Shown here: piece by piece, positions 8,181 through 16,910 of the stretch
How positions within the stretch are numbered: position 1 is the stretch's first letter
Layout: each line of letters begins with the position of its first letter
Source of the DNA: an uncultured virus (IMG/VR IMGVR_UViG_3300007539_010416)
Lineage: Duplodnaviria > Heunggongvirae > Uroviricota > Caudoviricetes
DNA length: 20,000 nucleotides
Strand: one strand, 5' to 3'
IMG/VR virus record: IMGVR_UViG_3300007539_010416
Program-made: the position numbers and the translations under genes
The notes under the pieces: model-generated
Told to the model about the DNA's origin: nothing
The model's input: the letters and a program-made list of their open reading frames with translations, nothing else
The model's database searches: none

Positions 8181-9342
8181 TTGCTTTACCTCCAAACAAT
8201 TTTGTAAATTGGGGCCATATATCTTCTTTTTCTGTTATTTTAATTAATTTAAATTTATCACACTCAAGAGGTGTAAAGACTTCTGTCATTTCTTGTCCGT
8301 AGATATGATCTCCGGCTGGATTTACCTGAATATAAGCAGACATTTGCGAGAGACCAATTACTTTCTTCATTGCGTCTATTGCTTTAGGATTATCTTCACG
8401 CCAGTTTTCTCCATCACTGCAATGGAAACTGTAAATGTTCCAAGCACTGGGAGAATACCTCTTTTCAACAATTTCTAATTCTTTTGTTAGACCTGAAGAT
8501 ATGTAAGTTCCTCCGGTAGACGCCTTTTTAAAGAAATCATCTTCAGAGACTTCTTTTCCTTCTGTCGTATGTGATATAAAAACTAGATCAACAGTATCGT
8601 ATTTGTATCTGATAAACTGATAGAGTAAGAAAAAGAAAGATCTTGCTAAAAACTTTTTAGCTTTACTCATTGAACCAGACACATCCATGATAAAGAAAAT
8701 CACTGCGTTTGTGATGGGCTTCTTTTTTACATCGATGTGTTTGTATTTTAAATCATCGGCGTGAAATGGAAATCTTTCACCACTTTCCCGATCATATGTT
8801 CCGTTTTTCTCAGATTTCTTTTGTCTTCTAATTTTATTTTTAAGAGTTTCTTTCTTAGAAAGTCTAACTCTAATTCCTTGACTTCTATATCCTTTTCGCT
8901 TAATTCTTTCAGCGTATACTGAATCTGAGTGCTTTTTCTGCAAGTCTGGGAGATTGAGATCTTCAAATAAGTATTTGGCTAACTCATCTAAGGTTACTTC
9001 TACGTCGTAGTATTCTTCACCTTTTTCTTTGCTAGGTTCGCCTCCAGGTTGTCCAGCTTGCTGCTTGTCAGCTTTCTTTATAACCTGTCCTTTTTTAATA
9101 TCTTTTCCCTGAGCTGATCCTACACCTTTCGATCCACTTCCTTGCCCATAAACAAATTTATACTGCTTGATTCCTCTAACAGGAATTCTAATTTTCTTTT
9201 TGCCGTCTTGCCCAATAATAGATTCCTCGGCTACAATATCGTGAATTCCTTCCTTTATAGCTTTTTCTATTTTTTTCTTATGACGTGCTCTATCAGATGC
9301 TGATCTATCAGCTATGGTTTTGTGTGTTCTAAATACTGACAT
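8173..9342 (-). CDS. yeaH: YeaH/YhbH (DUF444) family protein with vWA/MIDAS domain
   Basis: DRARHKKKI, IRIPVRGIKQYKFVYG, LFEDLNLPDL, MIDAS FIMDVSGSM, GGTYISS, WNIYSFHCSDGENW. Confidence 0.93.
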   Translation of the reverse strand: MSVFRTHKTIADRSASDRARHKKKIEKAIKEGIHDIVAEESIIGQDGKKKIRIPVRGIKQYKFVYGQGSGSKGVGSAQGKDIKKGQVIKKADKQQAGQPGGEPSKEKGEEYYDVEVTLDELAKYLFEDLNLPDLQKKHSDSVYAERIKRKGYRSQGIRVRLSKKETLKNKIRRQKKSEKNGTYDRESGERFPFHADDLKYKHIDVKKKPITNAVIFFIMDVSGSMSKAKKFLARSFFFLLYQFIRYKYDTVDLVFISHTTEGKEVSEDDFFKKASTGGTYISSGLTKELEIVEKRYSPSAWNIYSFHCSDGENWREDNPKAIDAMKKVIGLSQMSAYIQVNPAGDHIYGQEMTEVFTPLECDKFKLIKITEKEDIWPQFTKLFGGKANV

Positions 9343-9409
9343 TTTAATATCTCTTGCATAATTATATCTACAGTTAGATATATATTAAATAGTTATTTAG
9401 AGAAGAATT

Positions 9410-10144
9410 ATGAGATATAGAGATACCTTAAAAGAACTTGATAGAGATTTACAAATTATAGAAGAAAAATATTCTATAGAAGAGAAGAAAAAGTCTAATA
9501 AAAATAAGGGAATGAGAAGTGTCAAGTATGGTGCTGATAACAAACCTGCAGTAACAAAGATGGATTTTCTCCCCGCAAAAGTTCTCAAAAAAATCGCAAA
9601 AGATAAAGAAGAAAATGTAAATGAAGAAGAAGATGATTTAAATGAGAAAAAGGGAAGAAACAAGAGACCAGGAGATCCGAAATACTACAAAGGAACCAGA
9701 CAATCAAACAAGTCTATGGAAAAAGAAATAAAAAAGTGTGCAAAAACTCCCAGACCAAAAAGCTGTTATGATTACTGGGATGCAGATAAAAAATATGATA
9801 AGTCAAAAAATGAGTCTTTAGAAGAATTTAAATCTCTAATATTAGAAGTTATAGAAACTGAACTTGAAGAAAGAAAGAAGCGTAAAAAGAAAAAATCTTC
9901 AAAGCTCTCAGCAAAGACTAGAGAAACTCTAAAGAAAAAAGCTAAAAATGCAAACATGCCTTTGGGTGCTTTAACTGGTGTATATCGAAAGGGTTTGGCT
10001 GCTTGGCTTACTGGGCACAGGCAGGGTGTCCCGCAGCATGCATGGGCCATGGCCCGTGTAAATTCTTTCATCCGAGGAGGCAAAACTAGATCAGTAGACA
10101 AGTCTGAGTGGAAGAAAGTTCAAAACTTTAGGAAGAAAAAGTGA
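9410..10144 (+). CDS. Lys-rich protein with C-terminal DUF5824-like viral domain; modules separated by Glu-rich linkers
   Basis: LKKKAK..MPLGAL..VYRKGLAAWLTGHRQGVPQHAWAMARVNSF resembles DUF5824 as recalled from viral proteins. Confidence 0.7.
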   Translation: MRYRDTLKELDRDLQIIEEKYSIEEKKKSNKNKGMRSVKYGADNKPAVTKMDFLPAKVLKKIAKDKEENVNEEEDDLNEKKGRNKRPGDPKYYKGTRQSNKSMEKEIKKCAKTPRPKSCYDYWDADKKYDKSKNESLEEFKSLILEVIETELEERKKRKKKKSSKLSAKTRETLKKKAKNANMPLGALTGVYRKGLAAWLTGHRQGVPQHAWAMARVNSFIRGGKTRSVDKSEWKKVQNFRKKK

Positions 10145-10431
10145 AAATAACACGTAGACAATTAAAACGTATCATTTTAGAAATGATGAATGAGTTGCAA
10201 GCTTCAGAAGAAGAAGTAGAAGCTGCAAAAAAAGAACTATCTGATGAAGGTGGAGCAGCTTCAAAAGAACAGGTGGCTCGAGCTGTAAGGAATGCTTCTA
10301 AAGAAGATACTGACTCTGCAGATGATTCTGCTGTCATTTCAGCTATAATGGCAAAAGACGAAGATATTAAAATTCATAAAGACGGCGATGTTATTGATCA
10401 GTCAGGCTTGTCAGAGTCTAAAAAAAAATAA
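10141..10431 (+). CDS. Acidic hypothetical protein with shared N-terminal leader; probable 5' part of a recoded gene
   Basis: GTGA start/stop overlap; MKITRRQLKRIILE leader; ends TCT AAA AAA AAA TAA. Confidence 0.8.
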   Translation: MKITRRQLKRIILEMMNELQASEEEVEAAKKELSDEGGAASKEQVARAVRNASKEDTDSADDSAVISAIMAKDEDIKIHKDGDVIDQSGLSESKKK

Positions 10432-10754
10432 TCGAAGCAGATCCTGCAAAAGGTACAGGTAAAAAACCAAAAGGCAGCGGGCGCAGACTTTATACAGATG
10501 AGAACCCAAAAGACACTGTTTCTGTAAAATTTAGAACAGCTTCAGATATTAGAAAAACTCTCTCTAAAAAGTCTTTTAAATCAAAGCCTCATAATAGACA
10601 GTCTCAAATTATTAATTTAATTCATCAACGTGTTAGAGCGGCTTATAAAAATGCTAAAGACCCAGATACTAAAAAAAGGCTCAAAAGAGCCTTAGATTAT
10701 GCTTTTGAGAGAAAAGAAGCTTCTAAGCGTAAGACTAAGAGGATGAAGAAGTAA
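10422..10754 (+). CDS. Unannotated 110-codon basic ORF without canonical start; -1 frame continuation of 10141..10431
   Basis: Read by hand: KKIIEADPAKGTGKKPKGSGRRLYTDENPKDTVSVKFRTASDIRKTLSKKSFKSKPHNRQSQIINLIHQRVRAAYKNAKDPDTKKRLKRALDYAFERKEASKRKTKRMKK*. Bounded by TAA 10419-21 and TAA 10752-54; fills an otherwise empty 300-nt gap. Confidence 0.8.
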   Translation, partial: KKIIEADPAKGTGKKPKGSGRRLYTDENPKDTVSVKFRTASDIRKTLSKKSFKSKPHNRQSQIINLIHQRVRAAYKNAKDPDTKKRLKRALDYAFERKEASKRKTKRMKK

Positions 10755-11703
10755 TTCTATCTCTGTAGCTGATAAGTGCTAGCTCTTTTGCTTTTGCTTC
10801 AATGACCACGTCAAAATCTTTCCCATAGTCATTGATAGTATCATAAATGTAGTCACTGTGAGCATTTGCTTTCTTATTACTACCTTCTTTTTCAGAAGCT
10901 GACTCTGAATAGTGGAAACAAGGTCTTACATCGCCCCAAGTTTCACATGCCATGGCATGACACTCTTCTTCAGACTCACCATCATTTCGAAATTTATGGT
11001 GACGATAGTCAAAGACAATTGGTACAGGAATTCGCTTGTAAATTCCATTATAAAGATCTGCAGTTGAAAAAAGACTTTCTTTGTCATCGTTTTCAACTGT
11101 AAGTCTTGTCTTTACGCTATCTGGTAGTCGATGAAAGTTTTCTACCCAGCGAGTCATTGCAGACTCACGATCTCCGTAAGAAGCTCCAATATGGATATTG
11201 ATCTTAGCCCAGTGACTCCGAGGCATACCCATCAAGTCCATAATCTTTCCATGAATAGCTAGATCAACAATTGTGTTCTGAACTACATGCTCTTTGGTAG
11301 AAGTCAGAATATTGAAAGGGCCAGGATGGAAAGAAAGACGAATTCCTTTCTCAATTGCATAGTCTCCAGCAGTTTTTAAATTATGACTTATTTTTTCAAA
11401 ATGGGGGAGATCTTCAAGCATATATTCAGATGCCCATGGGAATAGGCAGGATGTCATTCTGAATACACGAATGTTATGCCTATGGTTCCATTCAAGAATA
11501 GGAAGAAGATTCCCTGTATTCAATTCTGCCAGCTCTGAAGCATACTCTATGCCTTTTGCATCGAAAGTGCGGCGAATCATGGATCTATTGCAAGTAATTT
11601 TGTTCTTTTTGTCCTGCTGCAGTGTAAGATTAATACATGCATAGCCTAACTCAATTCCTTTCTTGTTTTCTGTAAAGTTTGTCATTTTGCTTTTTTCTCC
11701 CAT
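10735..11703 (-). CDS. uvsE: UV DNA damage endonuclease (UvsE/UvdE)
   Basis: LGYACIN, VFRMTSCLFPWAS, RLSFHPGPF, INIHIG, RLTVENDD, PIVFDYRHH, FHYSES, AHSDYI, IEAKAKE; start may be Met at 11685. Confidence 0.95.
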   Translation of the reverse strand: MGEKSKMTNFTENKKGIELGYACINLTLQQDKKNKITCNRSMIRRTFDAKGIEYASELAELNTGNLLPILEWNHRHNIRVFRMTSCLFPWASEYMLEDLPHFEKISHNLKTAGDYAIEKGIRLSFHPGPFNILTSTKEHVVQNTIVDLAIHGKIMDLMGMPRSHWAKINIHIGASYGDRESAMTRWVENFHRLPDSVKTRLTVENDDKESLFSTADLYNGIYKRIPVPIVFDYRHHKFRNDGESEEECHAMACETWGDVRPCFHYSESASEKEGSNKKANAHSDYIYDTINDYGKDFDVVIEAKAKELALISYRDRITSSSS

Positions 11704-11742
11704 ATTTACTATTGATAGAGTGTTTTATTTGCAGGAGACATT

Positions 11743-12531
11743 ATGAAATTATTAAAAAATATTATCCCTGGCTTGATTATTATAATAATCCTTATTTTAT
11801 TTTGCACTCAATTACAAAATAATAAAGAACAACTAAGTCATACTGTTCAATTTAATAAACTTTATCAAACTTCACATACTCCTTACCCACTTCAAAATTT
11901 TGTATATTTAGACACTTACATGTCAATAACCAGTCTCGAAGGAGAAGGTTCAGGACAAGTAATTAATTCTGCTTCAGGAATTGCTGTCAGAGGCGTAAGA
12001 GGTAAAGTATATGCAATGACTGCTGGACACTGGTGTAGTGTAGATCCAGAAGAATATATACCTACACTCTCAGTTATAAATATGCTTTATCCAAACTTCG
12101 AAATTAAAATGCAAAGAAGAGTAGCATTTTTTGGTAATTTTTACCCAGTCGAAGAAGTATATTCTGACTTGGAGAACGATGTCTGTGTAATAACTTTTAG
12201 ATCTCCTTATGCATACAAAGTTGACAACATTAAGCCTGCAAGAAACTATCCGGATATCGGTGAAAAGATTTATACTGCTTCAGCACCCTTAGGAATATAT
12301 TCTCATGAAATGAGACTTATTTTTGACGGATATTTTGGAGGTTGCAAAGAAGATTCAATCTACTGCTTCTATACAATTTCAGGTGTTGAGGGAAGTTCTG
12401 GCTCAGGTGTTTTAAACAGAAGAGGTGAACTGGTTTCAATCTTAGACGTATCTGTAGTTAATTTTCATGAAGTAACTGGAGGTGCAAGATTAGAAGTAAT
12501 AAAAAGAATGTATGACGAGTATATTAGATAA
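11743..12531 (+). CDS. Membrane-anchored/secreted trypsin-like (S1) serine protease
   Basis: N-terminal hydrophobic segment; triad motifs TAGHWC, ENDVC, GSSGSGV; AGGAG RBS. Confidence 0.85.
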   Translation: MKLLKNIIPGLIIIIILILFCTQLQNNKEQLSHTVQFNKLYQTSHTPYPLQNFVYLDTYMSITSLEGEGSGQVINSASGIAVRGVRGKVYAMTAGHWCSVDPEEYIPTLSVINMLYPNFEIKMQRRVAFFGNFYPVEEVYSDLENDVCVITFRSPYAYKVDNIKPARNYPDIGEKIYTASAPLGIYSHEMRLIFDGYFGGCKEDSIYCFYTISGVEGSSGSGVLNRRGELVSILDVSVVNFHEVTGGARLEVIKRMYDEYIR

Positions 12532-12947
12532 TGAAACTTTATATTGATAAAAATTTAGGATTAGATGAAAATAAGTCACGTCTTATGGCAGACTTTTGCT
12601 TATTTTGTGCAGATAATTTGCCTATAGAGGGAAATTTTTCTGTTTATATCGTCTCAGAAAGAGAGCCCTATCAAATTACAACGACAGCTGTTTATCAGAT
12701 GCAAAATCAGTGCTGTTACATTTATGCCAAAAACAGGGCGCTTGCTGATGTCATGAGATCGGTTGCACATGAAATGACACACATGATGCAAGATCAAATG
12801 GGTTTAATTAGAGGACCTATTAGAGACGCTGGTGGGTTTCATGAGGATCAAGCAAATTCCAAGGCTGGAGAGTTGATTAAACTTTTTGCAAAGAGCAAAG
12901 AGGGAAGAAGAGCTATTTACGAAAGTAAAAATTTTAAGCGTCGCTAG
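12531..12947 (+). CDS. Small zincin-like metallopeptidase
   Basis: RSVAHEMTHMMQ (HExxH) with downstream EDQAN third-ligand helix; TAATG coupling to the protease gene. Confidence 0.75.
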   Translation: MKLYIDKNLGLDENKSRLMADFCLFCADNLPIEGNFSVYIVSEREPYQITTTAVYQMQNQCCYIYAKNRALADVMRSVAHEMTHMMQDQMGLIRGPIRDAGGFHEDQANSKAGELIKLFAKSKEGRRAIYESKNFKRR

Positions 12948-13776
12948 ACTCTTCGCTATCATCTGCTGAAGCGACAGCATCTCTACTGCTATCTCTGGTA
13001 AACATTTCTCTAAACTGTTCTAACCTAGCCATGGCATGACCTCGTGCACGAGCAGCATTTTTCTTTCCTGAGACTTTATCAGCAGCCATATTTACACCTT
13101 CTTCGGGTGTTCTAGCATTACAAAGCTCTTCCCAAGTCCACACATTATTGTGAGTATCTTTCATATAGTGAACAACTACTTGTGCTGCATTCTCCGGCAC
13201 ATTAACAGCGTCAGGATTGCTACCATAGCCTGCTTTAGTATAATTGGCCTTACCAGTTAGCTGAATAAACCCTCGACCTCTATAATTCCATCCGTCATTT
13301 TGACAATTATTTCCTAGCCATCCGCCGTAGAGTGCATTGAAGAATTTTTCATTAGAAGATTTAAGTCTTGAGATTTGATCATCACTTAAGGTGCTAAATG
13401 GAGTTCCTGCATCAATATCTTCAACTTCACAATGAATTGTATTGTTTCGAAAAACTTGTTTAATTCTATCTAATGAAGTATTTGCATACCCAACTTCAGC
13501 TCTAGGGTTGAAGTTACACTCTTTTGCAATAGTTGCGCAAACACCTATTATTGAGTTTGTGTTAGTCATGCCTGCGTCTTGTAACGCTTTTACAACTATT
13601 TTGATATTTTCTGGCGGATAATTCCCTCTTACTTGTGTAACATCAAGATTAGACGCACTACTAGATGAACCTCTTCCACTACCGCTTTTTAAGCCAACAG
13701 TCTTTTTAAAAGCTTTGACTTCTCTAAAAATTGATTCTCTTATAATTTTTCTAATGAATTTTTCTTCAATAATCAT
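12934..13776 (-). CDS. GH19 chitinase/lysozyme-like peptidoglycan hydrolase with shared N-terminal leader
   Basis: ATIAKECNF..RAE catalytic Glu pair; DGWNYRGRGFIQLTGKANY signature. Confidence 0.88.
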   Translation of the reverse strand: MIIEEKFIRKIIRESIFREVKAFKKTVGLKSGSGRGSSSSASNLDVTQVRGNYPPENIKIVVKALQDAGMTNTNSIIGVCATIAKECNFNPRAEVGYANTSLDRIKQVFRNNTIHCEVEDIDAGTPFSTLSDDQISRLKSSNEKFFNALYGGWLGNNCQNDGWNYRGRGFIQLTGKANYTKAGYGSNPDAVNVPENAAQVVVHYMKDTHNNVWTWEELCNARTPEEGVNMAADKVSGKKNAARARGHAMARLEQFREMFTRDSSRDAVASADDSEESSDA

Positions 13777-13784
13777 TATTAACT

Positions 13785-15554
13785 CTAGTATCCGCCGGCA
13801 CCAATATCAACATTTACAATAATATATCTTTTGGGACCGCCCCGTCGAATATCAAAAGAACCTGAGTTTTTAGCGTAGTGTGCACTAGTTTCTGCAGATG
13901 GAAATTCTAGCCGGCTTAAAAGGCTCTTAATAGCTCTTTCTATCATTCTTGGTCTCTTAAATAATCCGCTTAATCTCTGGCTGGTAAAAAGCAAATCGAC
14001 ATCTTCAATCTTTGTCTTATTTTTATCAACTTGCATATAGAAAGTCATAGTCCCACCAGGGTGACCTTCTTGGTGAGTAGTTACGTTCATATTTCGCGTA
14101 ATGACTCCTGCGAATGCTCTGTCTGGGTCATTACCTCCAGGAAGTTTAAATCCATGGTCTTTGAATTTAGGTCCACCGTTATTCGCATTGGCAATAAGCC
14201 TAATTCCTATCTTTTCATCAGGAATTCTTTCAACTACTCTTGTTTTGCCTCCGCCGGTGTCGCCTGAAGCTCTATTCTGACCACTAGGCCTTCTTGTTAC
14301 TGAAGGCGGTGCCATATTTCCGTATTTAGCTTCACCGCAATATCCGTCCATAAGAAACGCCAGGCACCCTCTGGGTCCTTTTGTATAGCCAGGAAAATCT
14401 TTTACCAAGTAACTAGCCATGAGATTCCAACTGCCTACGCCGTCTTCAGCAGATCCCGTCGAAGCCCCGGGCCATGGACTTGATTCACTGTATCCTTTGT
14501 CTGACAAATATTTTCTATCCTTCAAGATGCGTTTGACAACTGCAAGCCAAGCTAACTGACATTGATCATTCCACAAGGTGCTATTTTCGTCAGCAATTTT
14601 TATACCTGCGAAGCCTGGCCCCATATTGACAAGGTGCATATTTAAAAGTTTTCTTATTTTTTGTACATACTCTCCGACGCTTCCACTTTGCAAAGGAGGC
14701 AAGTTTTCAAAGCAATTAGGATCTCCTGGAGTGGCTGCAGCAGCACCAGGATCTGTAGACCTGGTTGCGCTCGGTGTATCTCCTCCGGAAAGAGATTTTG
14801 CAATAGAAGCGGCTTTATTATAGTAATAATCAAAATCTTGAATCATATCGGGATATTCATCTGCAGGATAATTTTCTTGCATAAAATCATTGGGCGTTGT
14901 CGCGTTATCGACCCATAATTGAAATCCGGGTGAAACAATAAAAGGAGAGTATTTAAGATATTCTAAAGAAATAGGCTCTTGTTCCGGTGTTACTTCCTTC
15001 ACAACATCAGATTCGAAAAAGTTTTTTAATTGTGCCTTATCATTTTTAAAATCATCTACAGTGTAATTTTCCTCATCTAACTTAAAAAGAGGAAGTCCTT
15101 CAATGTAATTTTTAAGTTTCATATTAAAAATGTTAATATCTGACTGCTCATTAACATTTTTAATAGCCCATGCAAAATCGGTATACCAGTTTTGTCCATA
15201 AATTTCGATATAGATTTCAAAAACTTTACAATACTCTTGTAATGTGCTTATTTCACTTCTAAGGAGATCAATAATCTTATCATCTTCATCTCCTGAAAAT
15301 GCTACCCGCGGGTCCTGTTTTTTTCCTTCTGGCCCTATTAGATCATTAATTTGTATTGCAACATCCGTAAGTGTGCTTATATCTAATTGATCAGCAGCTG
15401 CTTGAAAAGCTCCAGACTTTCTTTCAAATTCTTGAGCAAGTGCAGCATATTCTTCAGGAGTGGGATCATTTGTATCTTCTAAAATCAATCTGCTTTTAAT
15501 TTCTAATAAGACTTTTTTTCTAATAATTTTTCTTATTTGAGATTCAATAGTCAT
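13785..15554 (-). CDS. Multidomain hypothetical protein with shared leader, possible annexin-like repeat and degenerate peptidoglycan-binding domain
   Basis: 589 aa; PPLQSGSVGEYVQKIRKLL resembles the start of PG_binding_1; low-complexity G/T/P/A linkers. Confidence 0.7.
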   Translation of the reverse strand: MTIESQIRKIIRKKVLLEIKSRLILEDTNDPTPEEYAALAQEFERKSGAFQAAADQLDISTLTDVAIQINDLIGPEGKKQDPRVAFSGDEDDKIIDLLRSEISTLQEYCKVFEIYIEIYGQNWYTDFAWAIKNVNEQSDINIFNMKLKNYIEGLPLFKLDEENYTVDDFKNDKAQLKNFFESDVVKEVTPEQEPISLEYLKYSPFIVSPGFQLWVDNATTPNDFMQENYPADEYPDMIQDFDYYYNKAASIAKSLSGGDTPSATRSTDPGAAAATPGDPNCFENLPPLQSGSVGEYVQKIRKLLNMHLVNMGPGFAGIKIADENSTLWNDQCQLAWLAVVKRILKDRKYLSDKGYSESSPWPGASTGSAEDGVGSWNLMASYLVKDFPGYTKGPRGCLAFLMDGYCGEAKYGNMAPPSVTRRPSGQNRASGDTGGGKTRVVERIPDEKIGIRLIANANNGGPKFKDHGFKLPGGNDPDRAFAGVITRNMNVTTHQEGHPGGTMTFYMQVDKNKTKIEDVDLLFTSQRLSGLFKRPRMIERAIKSLLSRLEFPSAETSAHYAKNSGSFDIRRGGPKRYIIVNVDIGAGGY

Positions 15555-15555
15555 T

Positions 15556-16422
15556 TTATCTCCTCGTCATTCTGCTGATTAAGTCATTTATTTCATCTCT
15601 GCTCATGCTCCGACTAACTTCTGCACCTAGTTGTGCAATGTCTTCAGGAGTAGCTTCTTGTCGAGCTAAGTCTATAATTTTCATCTTAAAATCTTCCCAG
15701 CTGCCACCTTTGCAGATAACGTCTGCAATAGGCGCTGCCATGGGTCTTAACATTTTTTCGAAGTCAATGTTTAAAGTTTCACGCGGGATACCCATTGCTA
15801 TTTGTGTGACCATGTTAGGATCCATTCTCTGACCAAACATTGATTCTGTGAAGCTATCAATAAAAGATGTCATAATTTGTCTATCAAAAATTTCTTCTTT
15901 CGCAGTTTCAGCAAAAGTATCCATCACCAAGTTTACAAGTTCTACACAGTCAGCTTCGGAATTATTTCCTCGCTGAAGTATTGCGCTCGTGATTAATTCA
16001 ATTCCTTTTGGATGACTAACAATTTTTGGAACAAAGTTTCTAATGGCTCTTCCGAAAGGCGAATCAGTTGTAACAGAAGAGGGAAGCCCAAGAGCTTGAG
16101 CAGTTGCGTTCAAGATAACACCTGTTAAAACTTCTCCTGCAAAATCTTTTGTAGCCGGTTCAAGATTTTCAACCCTATTTCCTAACCAATTCATTAAAGG
16201 TGCAGGTATCATATCTAAAAATTCTTCAGACCCTTCTGGCATTTCAAAACTGCTCATGTCAAATTCTCTGAGCAGCATCATCTCTTCTCTTTTTTCCATG
16301 TAACTCTCAAAAAAGAGAATTAATTCTTGAGCAGCTGCCTGTCTTTCACTGACCATGTTTCTTTTTTTGACCTTCTTAAGAATTTCTTCTTTGATGATCT
16401 TTCTCAAAGCTTCTTTTTTCAT
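15556..16422 (-). CDS. Helical hypothetical protein with shared N-terminal leader
   Basis: 288 aa; MKKEALRKIIKEE; 1-nt gap to the next gene. Confidence 0.75.
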   Translation of the reverse strand: MKKEALRKIIKEEILKKVKKRNMVSERQAAAQELILFFESYMEKREEMMLLREFDMSSFEMPEGSEEFLDMIPAPLMNWLGNRVENLEPATKDFAGEVLTGVILNATAQALGLPSSVTTDSPFGRAIRNFVPKIVSHPKGIELITSAILQRGNNSEADCVELVNLVMDTFAETAKEEIFDRQIMTSFIDSFTESMFGQRMDPNMVTQIAMGIPRETLNIDFEKMLRPMAAPIADVICKGGSWEDFKMKIIDLARQEATPEDIAQLGAEVSRSMSRDEINDLISRMTRR

Positions 16423-16438
16423 TTTGAATCCCTTTTAT

Positions 16439-16466
16439 AAATATCTATTTTTGTTGATAGATATTT
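16439..16466. repeat. Perfect 10-bp inverted repeat in an intergenic gap
   Basis: AAATATCTAT (16439-48), 8 nt, ATAGATATTT (16457-66). Confidence 0.7.
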
Positions 16467-16469
16467 GCA

Positions 16470-16910
16470 CTAATAATTAGACGTCTTCATAATTATATCG
16501 ATAATAGGCAATCTGACTCCCCAATTTTTGTGCTGATCAATCCCCATGTGATGTGCATAATGCCAAGGAATCCATTTTCTGCCCCACTCGATGTCTGTGT
16601 GAGACTTTCGGTGGACAAAATAATAGCTTAAAAGACAAAACACAAGTGTCGCATAAGCAATCGGAAAGAAAAATACCACAGGTAAGTGAACAACTGACAC
16701 CATTAAAAGGCTGTAAATTTCAAAACGAGAAGATAAAATTGACTTGTAAGACTCATCATGCATCTCATTTTTTCTAGATATTCTATGGTGTTTTCCAAAA
16801 TGATTCTTAAAGGCAAACTTAAATCTTCGATGGTCGTGAAGAAAGTGCTTGTGAGCAATGTATTCGAATATGTGACTATACAACCAGGCGAAAATTATTT
16901 GTAGTATCAT
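16470..16910 (-). CDS. Fatty-acid hydroxylase/sterol desaturase superfamily membrane di-metal enzyme (minimal size)
   Basis: His boxes EYIAHKHFLH, HFGKHH, YYFVHRKSH, WHYAHH, then NWGV; hydrophobic segments. Confidence 0.85.
   Translation of the reverse strand: MILQIIFAWLYSHIFEYIAHKHFLHDHRRFKFAFKNHFGKHHRISRKNEMHDESYKSILSSRFEIYSLLMVSVVHLPVVFFFPIAYATLVFCLLSYYFVHRKSHTDIEWGRKWIPWHYAHHMGIDQHKNWGVRLPIIDIIMKTSNY

Noticed and set aside
4879..9342. Evidence for a spore-forming host from spoVR/prkA
   Set aside because: The module is widespread in non-sporulating bacteria and archaea, so the host cannot be inferred.
3015..9663. Opposite-strand or nested ORFs 3015..3284, 5062..5310, 5866..6072, 5945..6271, 8120..8302, 8293..8478, 8748..8966, 9397..9663
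   Set aside because: They overlap well-supported genes, have no motifs, and have composition typical of shadow frames.
10432..10734. Apparent 300-nt non-coding gap as an ncRNA candidate
   Set aside because: It is fully occupied by an open, protein-like -1 frame.
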